Of a stretch of DNA of 64,000 nucleotides, positions 12,536 through 22,794 are shown in pieces (the stretch's first letter is position 1; the number at the start of each line of letters is the position of its first letter). The stretch covers positions 224,001 through 288,000 of the forward strand of contig CAXXVD010000002.1 of NCBI GenBank assembly GCA_963662335.2. Direction: 5' to 3'. The notes beneath the pieces were generated by a model that was given only the letters and a program-made list of their open reading frames with translations, ran no database searches and was not told the DNA's origin. This DNA is from Chloroflexota bacterium (GTDB lineage: Bacteria > Chloroflexota > UBA11872 > VXOZ01). Position numbers and translations under genes: made by a program.

Positions 12536-12952
12536 CTAGTCTTTTGGCTCAGGGGTCTGGACGACGGAGCGGCCGGCCGGCGTGGGTGTAGGCTCTTGAT
12601 TCGGCGGCGGAGGGATGACCAGTTGCTGGCCAACTTGAAGGGGGTAAGGGTCCTCGAGATCGTTTGCATTGGCGATGTCCAGATACGTCACACCGGGAAA
12701 CTGGCTCGCGATTCCGCTCAGGGTGTCACCCGACTTCACCACGTAGACAGTCCCTTCAGCCGGCGGCGGTGTCGGTTCCGCGATCGCGGTGGGACTGGGC
12801 CGGATGATCATGATGGTGGGTGTGGGCGTGGGCGGCGTTTCCGCGCCGTTTTCGTCGCCCAGGAACGGAATGCACGCGCCCGCCAGCACGGCCGCCGCCA
12901 TGCCCAGCAGCAACGCAAGCGCGCTCGAATCTCGACCTCTCACTAGGTTCAT
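12536..12952 (-). CDS. LysM-domain lipoprotein with Pro/Thr linker
   Basis: Signal peptide with lipobox-like AGAC; YVVKSGDTLSGIA...IANANDL...LQVGQQLVIP LysM domain. Confidence 0.85.
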   Translation of the reverse strand: MNLVRGRDSSALALLLGMAAAVLAGACIPFLGDENGAETPPTPTPTIMIIRPSPTAIAEPTPPPAEGTVYVVKSGDTLSGIASQFPGVTYLDIANANDLEDPYPLQVGQQLVIPPPPNQEPTPTPAGRSVVQTPEPKD

Positions 12953-13139
12953 TCTCCCCGCTACCGTATACGCGGCAAGACACACACCTACCTAATGTAG
13001 TACAGCGCACACGGCTTTGACAAGCGCCCACCGCCCCACCGGCGCGCCCGGCGGGGGCGGCGGGCGCGGCCTCAGTCGTCCGCTCTGGGCTCGAAGTCCA
13101 GGTGCGCCTTGCTCTCTCGGAAATCTCCTGAATGGCGCC

Positions 13140-13874
13140 TCACCCTGTAATCATGTCGGCTGGCAGGTGTTCTACGCTATTCAGGTAACGCACCGTAGTC
13201 TCGTTCTCTTCGATAATCAGATTCGACATCCCCGTATGGGCATGATTGAAATAGACCTTCTCGTATTCCGTGCTCCCCAGTAAGCCATGCAAGATGTAAT
13301 TGGACGCCGTGCCGTGTGAAACGATGGCAATGCGCTCATCTGAATTCTTTGCCATCGCGCGTAGGTCCTGCGCCACTCGTTGCAGGCGCGGGAGACACTC
13401 GGCCTCCGTCTCCGGCGGACGATTCCACCACCCGTCATCCGCAAAGTCCGGCGGGATGACGAATTCGGGAAATTGCTCTTCCACCTCAACGCGGGTAAGC
13501 CCCGGCACGCCCCGCGCGCCGCGTCCGTCACCTTCGTCATGCCACAATCCAGTCAATTCATGGAGACCCAGCCAAATCTCGGGACGGAGGCCGAGCGCGG
13601 CTGCCACGAGCTGCGCCGTCTGCAGCGCCCGTCGCATTGGACTGCAGAAGAGGCGCGTAATCGCAAACACCAATCGATCATGGGGCAGAGGTTGGGTATG
13701 CTCCTCAGGCACTATTCCTCTGCTCATGTGCTCGCCAAGCAGTGCAGCTTGCCTGCGGCCCACTTCCGTGAGCGCGGGATCAGGGAGGAGGCTTCGTTCT
13801 TCCGGCGGCACGCTGGCAAAAGGCACACCCCTGCGATACGTCACGTGGCCGTGGCGAATTATGTAGAGCCTCAT
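13140..13874 (-). CDS. Histidine phosphatase (phosphoglycerate mutase-like) family protein
   Basis: IIRHG, SPMRRALQTA and VSHG motifs. Confidence 0.88.
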   Translation of the reverse strand: MRLYIIRHGHVTYRRGVPFASVPPEERSLLPDPALTEVGRRQAALLGEHMSRGIVPEEHTQPLPHDRLVFAITRLFCSPMRRALQTAQLVAAALGLRPEIWLGLHELTGLWHDEGDGRGARGVPGLTRVEVEEQFPEFVIPPDFADDGWWNRPPETEAECLPRLQRVAQDLRAMAKNSDERIAIVSHGTASNYILHGLLGSTEYEKVYFNHAHTGMSNLIIEENETTVRYLNSVEHLPADMITG

Positions 13875-14022
13875 GATAGGCCTAGTCCTTCAATCTCTTT
13901 TCCAATCAACTGATTCTGGAGCAACGGGCAATGCGCCAATGGAACGACAGACGTTGTCATCTAAAGAGGCGAATGTCGACCCTGCCAGCGTGAACGCCGG
14001 CCAGATCCCTCAGCGCGCGGCG

Positions 14023-14604
14023 CTACTCTTCCCTTTCCGGCTTAAAGCTCAGGTGCACTTTGCTCTCGGTTGGTTTCTCCTGCCCCTGGTACCGGCTGCC
14101 CAGGCCGGGCGAGCCGTAGGGGCGGTCTACCGGCGTCGTCAAGGTGAGAAAGGAAATTTGGCCGATGAACATGCCCGGGTAGAGCGGTATCGGCAGCTTG
14201 GCCACGTTGGAAAGTTCCAGCGTAATCGTGCCGGAAAAGCCAGGATCGATATACCCCGCCGTCGAGTGGATAATCAGGCCCAAACGCCCTAACGAGCTCT
14301 TGCCTTCCAGGCGGCCCACCAGGTCGTCCGGCAGCCCCACGCGCTCCAGGGTCGTGCCCAGCGCAAACTCGCCGGGATGCAGCACGAACGGCTCGTTCTC
14401 TCCCACTGCGATTTCCTGCGTCAGATCCGGCTGCGGCTCCCGCACGTCGATGTGCGTATAGCGGCTGTGCTCGAAGACGCGAAAGTGCCTTCCCAGCCGC
14501 ACGTCCACGCTGGAGGGCTGCACGTGCGCCGCCGCGAACGGCTCGATGCGCAAGCGCCCGCTGGCGATGAGTTCGGAAATCGTGCGGTCGCTGAGGACGG
14601 ACAT
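14023..14604 (-). CDS. dcd: dCTP deaminase
   Basis: [32 protein letters not shown] and YQGQ motifs. Confidence 0.95.
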   Translation of the reverse strand: MSVLSDRTISELIASGRLRIEPFAAAHVQPSSVDVRLGRHFRVFEHSRYTHIDVREPQPDLTQEIAVGENEPFVLHPGEFALGTTLERVGLPDDLVGRLEGKSSLGRLGLIIHSTAGYIDPGFSGTITLELSNVAKLPIPLYPGMFIGQISFLTLTTPVDRPYGSPGLGSRYQGQEKPTESKVHLSFKPEREE

Positions 14605-14792
14605 GTGTCGCTCTTGGCAATGCCAGACTGCAAATCGTCAAGCGCCGCTTACAGTATAGAGCAGGAGCGCCCGGCGCGCCGGAGCGCAACCAACATGCCA
14701 ACCGCCGACGGTTCGTGCTATCCTACCGTGTGAGCACCATTCCATTTCAGGGTAGCAATCGCTATTGGAGCATCAGGAAAGGAACCGGCGGC

Positions 14793-16127
14793 ATGCAAGT
14801 CAAGTCGAGGTTGGCATTGTTGGGCGGCCCCAAGTCGGTGCAGAGCGACCCCGGCGACATCTTCAACTGGCCGATCGTCACGCCTGAGCACGAAGCGGCC
14901 GTCTTGGACGTGCTGCGCCGGGGGGGCATGTCCGGCACGGACGTGACCCGCCAATTCGAGCGCGAGTACGCCGCCTGGGTTGGAACCACCTACGCCCTGG
15001 GCGCGAACACCGGCACCGAGGCGCTGCGCGCCGCCATGTACGGCTGCGGCGTGGGCGTGGGCGACGAGATGATTTCGCCCAGCGTGACCTATTGGGCGTC
15101 GTGCCTGCAGGCCCTTTCCCTGGGCGCGAGCGTCGTCTTTGCCGACATCGATCCCGACACTCTCTGCATCGATCCCAACGACATCGAGCACCGCATCACG
15201 GAGCGCACCAAGGCCATCGTGGCCGTGCACTACTGCGGCCATCCCGCCGACATGGACCCAATCATGGCAATCGCGCGCAAGCATAACCTCAAGGTGATAG
15301 AGGACGTCTCCCACGCCCACGGCGGGCGTTACAAGGGCCGCACGGTGGGCACGATCGGCGACGTTGCCGGCATGTCGCTCATGAGCGGCAAGTCCTTTGC
15401 CACCGGTGAAGCGGGCATCATGACCACCAACGACCGTGAAATCTACGACCGCGCCGTGGCCTTTGGGCACTACGACATGTACGACGCGGAGAATATCGAG
15501 ACCGAGTACCTCAAGCCGTACGCCGGTCTGCCGCTCGGTGGGTACAAGTACCGCGTGAACCAGTTGAGTTCCGCCATGGGCCGCGTGACGCTGAAGTACT
15601 ACGACGGCTACGTGGCGGAAATCCAGCAGGCCATGAACTACTTCTGGGATCTCCTGGAAGGCGTACCGGGCATTGCGCCGCACCGGCCGGCGCAAGATTC
15701 CGGCAGCACCATGGGCGGCTGGTACGCGGCGCGCGGCCTCTACCGGCCGGAAGAGGTCGGCGGCCTTTCGATTACGCGCTTTGCCCAGGCCGTTTCCGCC
15801 GAGGGCGCGCGCTGCGGGCCGGGCACCAATAAGCCTCTGCACCCGCATCCGCTCTTCCACGAGGCCGACGTCTACGGCCATGGCAAGCCTACGAACCTTG
15901 CCCACGCCAGCCGGGACGTGCGCCAACCGCTGGGCAGCCTGCCGGTCAGCGAAGGCATCAGCGCGCGGACGTATAGTATCCCGTGGTTCAAGAAGTTCCG
16001 GCCCCAGGTGATCGAAGAGTACGCCGCCGCCTACCGCAAAGCCGCCGAGAGCTACACCGAGTTGCTGGAAGACGATCCCGGCGACCAGGGCGACATCGGT
16101 AGTTGGCGGTTCTACTCGCCGGCGTAA
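14793..16127 (+). CDS. DegT/DnrJ/EryC1/StrS PLP aminotransferase
   Basis: VGDEMI, VFADID, IEDVSHAHG and SGKSFATGEAG (PLP Lys) motifs. Confidence 0.88.
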   Translation: MQVKSRLALLGGPKSVQSDPGDIFNWPIVTPEHEAAVLDVLRRGGMSGTDVTRQFEREYAAWVGTTYALGANTGTEALRAAMYGCGVGVGDEMISPSVTYWASCLQALSLGASVVFADIDPDTLCIDPNDIEHRITERTKAIVAVHYCGHPADMDPIMAIARKHNLKVIEDVSHAHGGRYKGRTVGTIGDVAGMSLMSGKSFATGEAGIMTTNDREIYDRAVAFGHYDMYDAENIETEYLKPYAGLPLGGYKYRVNQLSSAMGRVTLKYYDGYVAEIQQAMNYFWDLLEGVPGIAPHRPAQDSGSTMGGWYAARGLYRPEEVGGLSITRFAQAVSAEGARCGPGTNKPLHPHPLFHEADVYGHGKPTNLAHASRDVRQPLGSLPVSEGISARTYSIPWFKKFRPQVIEEYAAAYRKAAESYTELLEDDPGDQGDIGSWRFYSPA

Positions 16128-16166
16128 ACGGCTGTCCCGGCTTTCACCGCAACGACGGGATTGTGC

Positions 16167-16197
16167 AAAAGGCCTCCATGGGAAAGGGAGGCCTTTT
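16167..16197. terminator. Bidirectional rho-independent terminator
   Basis: AAAAGGCCTCC-loop-GGAGGCCTTTT between convergent genes. Confidence 0.75.
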
Positions 16198-16259
16198 GCT
16201 TTCGCCTGCGGTGCGCACAATCCAGGTGGAGAGGGAATCCGCTTGCCTGCCGGCGGAGA

Positions 16260-17150
16260 TTACTCCCAGCGGCCCGTGTGGGGCAGCGGCTTGGTCAGCG
16301 CCAGCAGCGGGCGGGTGAACGCGGGTGGCGGGGGTGTGCCTTCCGTCGCGCGGCGCGCGCGTTCCGCGTCCCATAGTTCCGTGTAGAGCACGTAGACGGC
16401 GGGGATGAGCAGCGGGCGGACAAGCTGGATGGCGGCCCAGGCGAGGTCCGGCAAGACGAGCAGGAACGTTGCCTGCGGCGCGGCCGGCAGCGCGAGCAAG
16501 AGTCCGCCGCACACCACGCCGAACGGCAGCGCCACCGGCGCCGCGGCCAGCGCCAGCGTGCTCAGGCAGCCCCAGAAGGAGCGCCCGCTCAGCCGCCAGG
16601 ATTCGAGCGCGGCCAGCGTGCCCGGCAGATCGCCGTGCACGGCCAGAAAAGGCGCGAGCAAGGTGCGCGTATGAATCGCCAGCGCCACGCCGCCAATCAC
16701 CGCCCACCAGACGCCGTTCATGAGCGGCTGCCCGCTTCCGCCCAGCGGCGCGGCCTCCGCCTGCCAGGCGCTCACCCACACGATCCCGCTGACCGGCAGC
16801 CAGAAGATCAGGCTGGTATGGGCGTTCGTCCACAGGTAGCGGCACACCCAGCGCAAGCCTAGCCAGGTGGCCCGCGGGACGCCGATTGCGCGCCCCTGCG
16901 CATGGTACGCCACCACCACCATTACCGTGACGGCGCCAAGCACGACGGTGAGCGAACGGAGCAGGTAGAGCAGCGCGTTCTGCCACAAATTCGGCTGGGG
17001 CATGAGCACGGTCAGCGCGGCAACGATGAGGGCCGGCGGCACGAAGAGCGCCGTTAGCAAGCCGTACGCGCCCGGATACCGGCGCACCAAGCGGAAGCCA
17101 AGCGCAAAGCGGCGCGCCGCCGGACGCCAGGCAGCCTTGTTTGCAACCAT
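16260..17150 (-). CDS. Uncharacterised multi-pass membrane protein
   Basis: 296-aa ORF with about six hydrophobic segments and an ALxESWRL pattern. Confidence 0.7.
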   Translation of the reverse strand: MVANKAAWRPAARRFALGFRLVRRYPGAYGLLTALFVPPALIVAALTVLMPQPNLWQNALLYLLRSLTVVLGAVTVMVVVAYHAQGRAIGVPRATWLGLRWVCRYLWTNAHTSLIFWLPVSGIVWVSAWQAEAAPLGGSGQPLMNGVWWAVIGGVALAIHTRTLLAPFLAVHGDLPGTLAALESWRLSGRSFWGCLSTLALAAAPVALPFGVVCGGLLLALPAAPQATFLLVLPDLAWAAIQLVRPLLIPAVYVLYTELWDAERARRATEGTPPPPAFTRPLLALTKPLPHTGRWE

Positions 17151-17348
17151 CGCACCCTTGCCCCCACGTGTGCGCCGGTAGGACTCGTTCCACGCTAAAG
17201 CGTATCATAAGGCCGTCGGCCGCAAGCGCGCCGCGCGCGGGCGCAAGGAGCCGCCGGCAAGCGCGCTCACGGATATGGGATAGTATAGTCACAGCGCAAA
17301 CTGCCGCAGCCAGCGAAATCCGAAACCGGATAGGAGGAAATGAGACCA

Positions 17349-18527
17349 ATGGCGACGCTCACGCAACGAACACTGCCCCAGCGGCTGCTCCTGGGTCCAG
17401 GGCCGGCCAACGTGCATCCCCAGATCATGGCGGCGCTCCAGCAACCGGTGCTGGGGCACCTGGACCCGGTCTTCCAGGAGATTTTGGTGGAGACCGCCGG
17501 GCAGTTGCGGCGGTTGTTTGGCACGGAGAACGAACTCACCCTGGCCGTGACCGGCACCGGCTTCGCCGGCATGGAGTCGTGCCTGGCGAACCTCATCGAG
17601 CCGGGCGATACGATGCTGGTGGGCGTGAACGGCTTCTTTGGCACGCGCATGGCGGAATTCGCCCAGCGCTTTGGGGCCGAGGTGGTGGAAGTAAACGCGC
17701 CGTGGGGTGAACCCATTGCCGCCGCCGCCGTGGACGCCGCGCTACGGCAGAATCCGGGCGTGAAGGTGGTCGGCGTCGTGCACGGCGAGACCTCCACCGG
17801 CGTGCGCCAGCCGATCGCGGAGATCGCCAGCGCCGCCCACGCCCACGGCGCGTTGCTGCTCATGGACGCGGTGACGACCCTGGGCGGGCTGCCGGTGATG
17901 GTGGACGCCTGGGGCGTGGACGCGGCTTACAGCGCCAGCCAGAAGTGCGTGGGCACGATTTCCGGCCTGGCGCCGCTCACGCTCAGCCCCCGCGCCCGCG
18001 AGCGTATGGCCCAACGCGCGGCGGCGCTGCCCACCTGGTACCACGACGTGGAGGCGCTGCACCAGTACTGGTCGGCACAGGGCTTCTACCACCATACCTG
18101 CTCCAGCACCCTGGTCTACGGCCTGAAAGCGGCGCTGGACCTGATGGATGAGGAGGGCGTGGAGAACCGCTTTGCCCGCCACCAACGCTGCGGCGACGCG
18201 CTGAAAGCCGGTCTGGAAGCGATGGGGCTCTCCCTGGTCGCTGCGGCGGGACACCGCCTGCCCATGCTCACGACGGTCAGGATTCCCGAGGGCGCCGCCG
18301 ACCTGGACGTGCGCAAAGCTCTGCTAACCGAGCACGGCATCGAAATTGCCGGCGGCCTGGGGCCGCTGATGGGCGCAATCTGGCGCATCGGCCTGATGGG
18401 CTACGCGGCAAGACCGGAGAACGTGCGCACGTTCCTGGCTGCCTTTGCCCAGGTGCTCACCGCCCAAGGCTGCGCGGTGGATGGAGGTGCTGGCAAGAAT
18501 GCCGCCGAGGCGCTTTTGTCTCAATAG
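17349..18527 (+). CDS. Alanine-glyoxylate / serine-pyruvate aminotransferase (class V)
   Basis: LLGPGP, VHGETSTG, DAVTTLGG, SASQKC and WRIGLMG motifs. AGGAGG RBS. Confidence 0.92.
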   Translation: MATLTQRTLPQRLLLGPGPANVHPQIMAALQQPVLGHLDPVFQEILVETAGQLRRLFGTENELTLAVTGTGFAGMESCLANLIEPGDTMLVGVNGFFGTRMAEFAQRFGAEVVEVNAPWGEPIAAAAVDAALRQNPGVKVVGVVHGETSTGVRQPIAEIASAAHAHGALLLMDAVTTLGGLPVMVDAWGVDAAYSASQKCVGTISGLAPLTLSPRARERMAQRAAALPTWYHDVEALHQYWSAQGFYHHTCSSTLVYGLKAALDLMDEEGVENRFARHQRCGDALKAGLEAMGLSLVAAAGHRLPMLTTVRIPEGAADLDVRKALLTEHGIEIAGGLGPLMGAIWRIGLMGYAARPENVRTFLAAFAQVLTAQGCAVDGGAGKNAAEALLSQ

Positions 18528-18671
18528 ACAGTGTCAACAGTTCCTGTCATTCCGAGCGCAGCGAGGAATCTAGAGTTCAACCGGGAATCTGAGGCGTGGC
18601 GGGGGACTTGCATAATCGGTGTAGGGACACGACATGTCGTGCCCCTACGTCCATCGTGAAGGAGCTTACGC

Positions 18672-18974
18672 ATGGCGCTACCTATGGTCCATCCCGGCGA
18701 ACACCTGGCCGCGGAGTTGCAAGAAATCAGCATGAGCGCCGCCACGCTGGCGCGCCAGTTGGACGTGCCCACCAACCGCATCACCGCAATCCTAAACGGA
18801 CAGCGCGCCGTCACCGGGGATACCGCGCTCAGGTTGGCTCACTTCTTTGGTACCAGCGCGGATTTCTGGCTGAATTTGCAGAAGATCTACGAACTGCGGT
18901 TGGCTGAGAAGAGAGCCGGCAGCGCAATCAGAACGCTGCCGACACTTGAGAGCCTCCAGTCGGCCCGCGCGTAA
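18672..18974 (+). CDS. higA: HigA-family antitoxin (HTH); no adjacent toxin gene
   Basis: HPGEHL, RITAILNGQRAVTGDTALRLAHFFGTSADFWLNLQ. Confidence 0.88.
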   Translation: MALPMVHPGEHLAAELQEISMSAATLARQLDVPTNRITAILNGQRAVTGDTALRLAHFFGTSADFWLNLQKIYELRLAEKRAGSAIRTLPTLESLQSARA

Positions 18975-19299
18975 CGTGCGGCAGCGGGGGGCAAGCCCCC
19001 GCGCTACGGCTACGGCTTGGCCGGTTGCGGTCGCGTCCCCGCCCGGTAGGGGCGACCCTTGTGGTCGCCTGGAATGCGAGCCCCCGCGCTACGGCTTGGC
19101 CGGTTGCGGTCGCGCCCCCGGCCCGGTAGGGGCGACCCTTGTGGTCGCCTGGCGCGCAACCGCATCCAACCGTGGGGTCCACGGACAGCGCCGCAGGGCA
19201 ACCGCGACTGCCGTCCACCGCAGGGCAACCGCGACGGGGCAACCCATCGCAGGGCAACCGCGACTGCCGTCCGCCGCAGGGCAACCACAAGGGTTGCCC

Positions 19300-19548
19300 C
19301 TACGTGTATACTGCCACCAGCACGGCCTCGTTGGGATTCTGCAGGTCGTTGAAGACCACCACGCAGCGCCGGCCGGCCGTGATGGCCATGGCGTCCAGGC
19401 CGCGATTGACGGCGATGCCGGCGAGAAACGTGGGAAACGAGCCGGCCAACTGCACGTCAGCCTGCCACTTCTTGGCGTCGAACTCTTTGACGACGCCGCT
19501 CAGCGCGGCGCCGGGCGTGATGCCTCGTGTTTCTGCGCGTTCTGCCAT
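19300..19548 (-). CDS. Small beta-rich tail protein, putative OB-fold spike/tip protein (82 aa)
   Basis: GGAGG RBS before ATG 19548. GVVKEFD...ADVQL...GRRCVVVF...AVLVAVY resembles the spike OB domain. Last gene of the operon. Confidence 0.55.
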   Translation of the reverse strand: MAERAETRGITPGAALSGVVKEFDAKKWQADVQLAGSFPTFLAGIAVNRGLDAMAITAGRRCVVVFNDLQNPNEAVLVAVYT

Positions 19549-19828
19549 GGATGTTCCTCCGGTGTCGGTTACATGCTTGTGCCGCCGTCTTCCCCCTCTC
19601 CCTAACCCACCCCCCAGTGGCGAGGGAACCGGAACCGCCGGACACGTATCGGCGGGGGGCAAGCTCCCGCGCTACGGTTGGTGAGCGTTCGGTTTGCGGG
19701 GGGCAAGCCCCCGCGCTACGGTTGGTGAGCGTTCGGTTTGCGGGGGGCAAGCCCCCGCGCTACGGTGAGTGGGCATTCGTTCTGCGGAGGACAAGCCCCC
19801 GCGCTACGCGGATGCGCAGCGCTTGCTC

Positions 19829-21796
19829 CTATGTGTCTTCCAACTCCCCGCATTCCAGGGTCATCGTGTACTCCGCGTCGTCGGGCGTATAGCGGTGGTT
19901 GATGCGCGCAATGCGCAACGTGCCGTGGTCAAAGCCCGTGGTCTGAAAATCGACCACGTCGCCCACCTGGAGCGCCGGGTTATACGGCACGTCCACCGTA
20001 TACGCCTCGTTGGCGCGGCGGGCGGCGGCCAGCGCGGCCGCGGCGCGTTTCTGGCAGTCCGCGGCCTGTGTCAGTTGGGTATCGGTCACCAGCGCCGTGT
20101 TCGCGTTGCCCTGGGCGCGCAGCGCGGCCCAGTCCCACGCCTCGCCCAGCGCGCCGTCGCCCTGCACCAGCACGTGGTTGACGCGGGCGCTCTGCCGCCA
20201 GGCGCCGGCGAACTCCTGGCCGGTGTACGTCCACGCCGCCGCGTCATCCTTGCTGGGAAACCAACAGCGCACCGTGCCGTCCGGTTCCACGCGCCACCAC
20301 AGCGCGTCCAGCGCGGTCAGGCGGTCGATCATCGTTTGCCACGGTTGGCCGGCGTGCAGGGCAAAGGCCGGCAGCGCGCGGCCGAAGCGGCTATCGTTGT
20401 CGTCGCTCAGGCGCAGCGCGCCGGCGCGGTACCAGGCCTCCGCCAGCAGCGCGCGCAGGGTCTTGCCGCTAAACGACCACGTCTGCGCCACCCGGCGGCG
20501 GGCGTGCACGCTGGCGTCCGCCGCCTCCACGCGGACGGTCTTATCGGGCAGCAGCGTCACGCTTTGCACCGCCAGTTCCGCCATCTTCTTCTTCTCCGCG
20601 CCGGCGCTCGTCACGTAGCCGGCGCGCACGTCCAGCGTCACGCCGGCGCGCAGCGTCTTATCCAGCCGGGCGTCCAGCGCGCCGTCGGTGTTATCCAGCA
20701 GCAGGCTGGCGGCGCTCGTTGCGTTGGCCCGTTCCTCCCAGCGGAAATCCAGCGCGCGGGAGGTAACGTCCTGGAACTGGTCGACGTTCGTGGCCGCGTA
20801 GCCGGTGTAACGGTGGGCGATCTCCTGGTTCACCAGCCAATACTTGGTCGCGCTTTGCCGCAGCCACCAGAAGCCGGTGAACGACTCATCTTCCACCGGC
20901 GCGCCCTCGGAAAACAGTCCCCACGTGTGCGCCGTGCCGTAGCGCCAGCGGCCGAAGTTGAGACCCGAGACCGTGCCGTAGTCCCGCTCCAGGTAGCCGA
21001 TGCGGAAGGCCTGCTCCCAGTACTGGATTGTGGGATCCAGCAGGTCGCGCCGGGCCGCGCTGTCGTCCACGCGGGCGATGGTGGTCAGCGGTTCCCAGGT
21101 CGTGCCGTTGGTGCGGCAGCCCACGATTGCGGTGCCGCTGGCGCCCGGCGCGCCGCCCCAGAGCGATACGGCCAGGTGCCACTTCGTGCCGTCCCACGCC
21201 GCGCCGATGCCGCCGCAGGACGAGTATGCGCCGTGGCTCCACTCGTCCGCCTGCCAACTGCCGCCGGATTCATGCAGCCGGTAGATTGTCACACCGCCGC
21301 CGGTCTTGTCCACCGCCAGGAAGATGCTGCCGTTGCCGCCGTAGCAGAGCGCGCGCACGAACTTCTTGGCGTTCCAGAGAGTCTCCGCGCTGCTCCAGGT
21401 GGCGCCGCCGTCGCTGCTGGTGCGCCGGTAGACGGTGGTGAGCTTGACGTACACCACCGCCACGTGGCCGTTGGGCAACACGCCCGCGCCCACCCCGGCC
21501 GCGCCGGTGACGCCGGTCTGCAACGTCGTCCAGGTGGTCCATTGGCTCGCCTGGGTGGTGTCGGTGATGCGCTGAAAGGCGACGACGGCGGCAATCACGC
21601 CCCGCGCCGACGAGACGTCCACCCGCCAGAGCGCGCCGCCGTTATCCACGAAGCAGGCGTTGGCCGCGGCGGAGCGCGTAGCGGAGCGGTAGCGCGTGTA
21701 GCGGTGCGCCGCGTCGCGCAAGGTAAACTGCATCGCCGGCCGGCGGGCTGCCGCGTTCACCGCCGCCGCCAGGGTTGTGGTCAAGGTGCGGGCCAC
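19829..21796 (-). CDS. Putative tail hub / host-recognition protein (655 aa): N-terminal beta-propeller with Asp-box, C-terminal baseplate-hub-like region
   Basis: GTG start at 21796 with GGGAGGT RBS. RRTSSDGGATWS Asp-box. C-terminal ASLLLDNTDG...VPYNPALQVGDVV...RIARINHRY...MTLECG pattern typical of tail hub/Tal proteins. Confidence 0.6.
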   Translation of the reverse strand: MARTLTTTLAAAVNAAARRPAMQFTLRDAAHRYTRYRSATRSAAANACFVDNGGALWRVDVSSARGVIAAVVAFQRITDTTQASQWTTWTTLQTGVTGAAGVGAGVLPNGHVAVVYVKLTTVYRRTSSDGGATWSSAETLWNAKKFVRALCYGGNGSIFLAVDKTGGGVTIYRLHESGGSWQADEWSHGAYSSCGGIGAAWDGTKWHLAVSLWGGAPGASGTAIVGCRTNGTTWEPLTTIARVDDSAARRDLLDPTIQYWEQAFRIGYLERDYGTVSGLNFGRWRYGTAHTWGLFSEGAPVEDESFTGFWWLRQSATKYWLVNQEIAHRYTGYAATNVDQFQDVTSRALDFRWEERANATSAASLLLDNTDGALDARLDKTLRAGVTLDVRAGYVTSAGAEKKKMAELAVQSVTLLPDKTVRVEAADASVHARRRVAQTWSFSGKTLRALLAEAWYRAGALRLSDDNDSRFGRALPAFALHAGQPWQTMIDRLTALDALWWRVEPDGTVRCWFPSKDDAAAWTYTGQEFAGAWRQSARVNHVLVQGDGALGEAWDWAALRAQGNANTALVTDTQLTQAADCQKRAAAALAAARRANEAYTVDVPYNPALQVGDVVDFQTTGFDHGTLRIARINHRYTPDDAEYTMTLECGELEDT

Positions 21797-21798
21797 GG

Positions 21799-22236
21799 CT
21801 ATACCTCCCGCAGCGTGACGCGGATTTCCCACTCCAGCGTCCACAACTGCTCTTTGCCATACGGGATGACGCGCTCCTCGCACGCGGCGAAACGCACGGT
21901 ATGGCTGGCGTTCAGCGGATCGACGAAGGTGTGGCTCTCGTTCGTGCGCTGAAAGAACGACCAGAGCCGGTCGCGCCACTGCCGGGCCGTGGTGGCGTTC
22001 GTCGTGCCGTCGAGATTGCGGATGCTCTCCCGGCACAGCGCGACGAACGAAAACTCGCGCTTGCCCAGGCCGCTCTCCACGTAGGAGACCGTGCCGCCCG
22101 CGGTCAGGCGCGACTGCGCGCGGCGCGGCCGGGTCATGGTATACGTGCCGGGCTTGATGAAGAACCCCAGCGCAGCGCCGTCGTTCACGTTGGTATTGGT
22201 CAGGGTTACGTTGCAGTCCACTCCAATGGTGGGCAT
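21799..22236 (-). CDS. Distal-tail-protein-like (lambda gpM/Dit-type), paralogue 2
   Basis: FVDP...HTVRF...WEIRVTLREV C-terminus. Clearly paralogous to 22381-22788. Confidence 0.55.
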   Translation of the reverse strand: MPTIGVDCNVTLTNTNVNDGAALGFFIKPGTYTMTRPRRAQSRLTAGGTVSYVESGLGKREFSFVALCRESIRNLDGTTNATTARQWRDRLWSFFQRTNESHTFVDPLNASHTVRFAACEERVIPYGKEQLWTLEWEIRVTLREV

Positions 22237-22380
22237 CCTTTTCGTGCTCCCTCTCGTGTTGGTATTCGCTACCCGTGCCTGCGCAGGCGCTCTCCGGCAG
22301 CCTCTCCCGTTCCTGCTTCGACAAGCTCAGCACGAACGGTCTAGCCGGTAGGGGCACGACACGTCGTGCCCCTACCGGCC

Positions 22381-22788
22381 TCACGCCTCCACCAGCGTCA
22401 CCGCGATCTCCCACTCTGGTGTCTCCCACAGGCCCGAGGCCGCGGACACGCGCTCCTCCAGCGCCAGCGCGCGCACGCTGTGCACGCTTCCCAGCCGGTC
22501 GGTAAAACTCAACGCCGCGGTCTTGGCGTGGGACGCCCGCAGGTTGGCGCGGTAGGTAGCGGCAGACGTGAGATTCACCGTGCCGTCGTGGTTGAGGTGG
22601 TTGGTGTAGGCGAGCACGGTGAAGCGCCAGACCTGCTTGCCCGCGCCCAGGTCCACCGCGGCCGGCCCGGCGCTGGCGTCCGGGTCCGCGGCCATGATCT
22701 TGGGAATCTCCACGCGATACGAGCCGGGCTTCACGAAATAGCCGTTGCCATCCAGGATTACCGAACAATCCGTTCCAACGGTTGGCAT
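22381..22788 (-). CDS. Distal-tail or tube-fold-like protein, paralogue 1
   Basis: MPTVGTDC vs MPTIGVDC, FVKPGSY vs FIKPGTY, WEIAVTLVEA vs WEIRVTLREV. Confidence 0.55.
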   Translation of the reverse strand: MPTVGTDCSVILDGNGYFVKPGSYRVEIPKIMAADPDASAGPAAVDLGAGKQVWRFTVLAYTNHLNHDGTVNLTSAATYRANLRASHAKTAALSFTDRLGSVHSVRALALEERVSAASGLWETPEWEIAVTLVEA

Positions 22789-22794
22789 GGTTTG

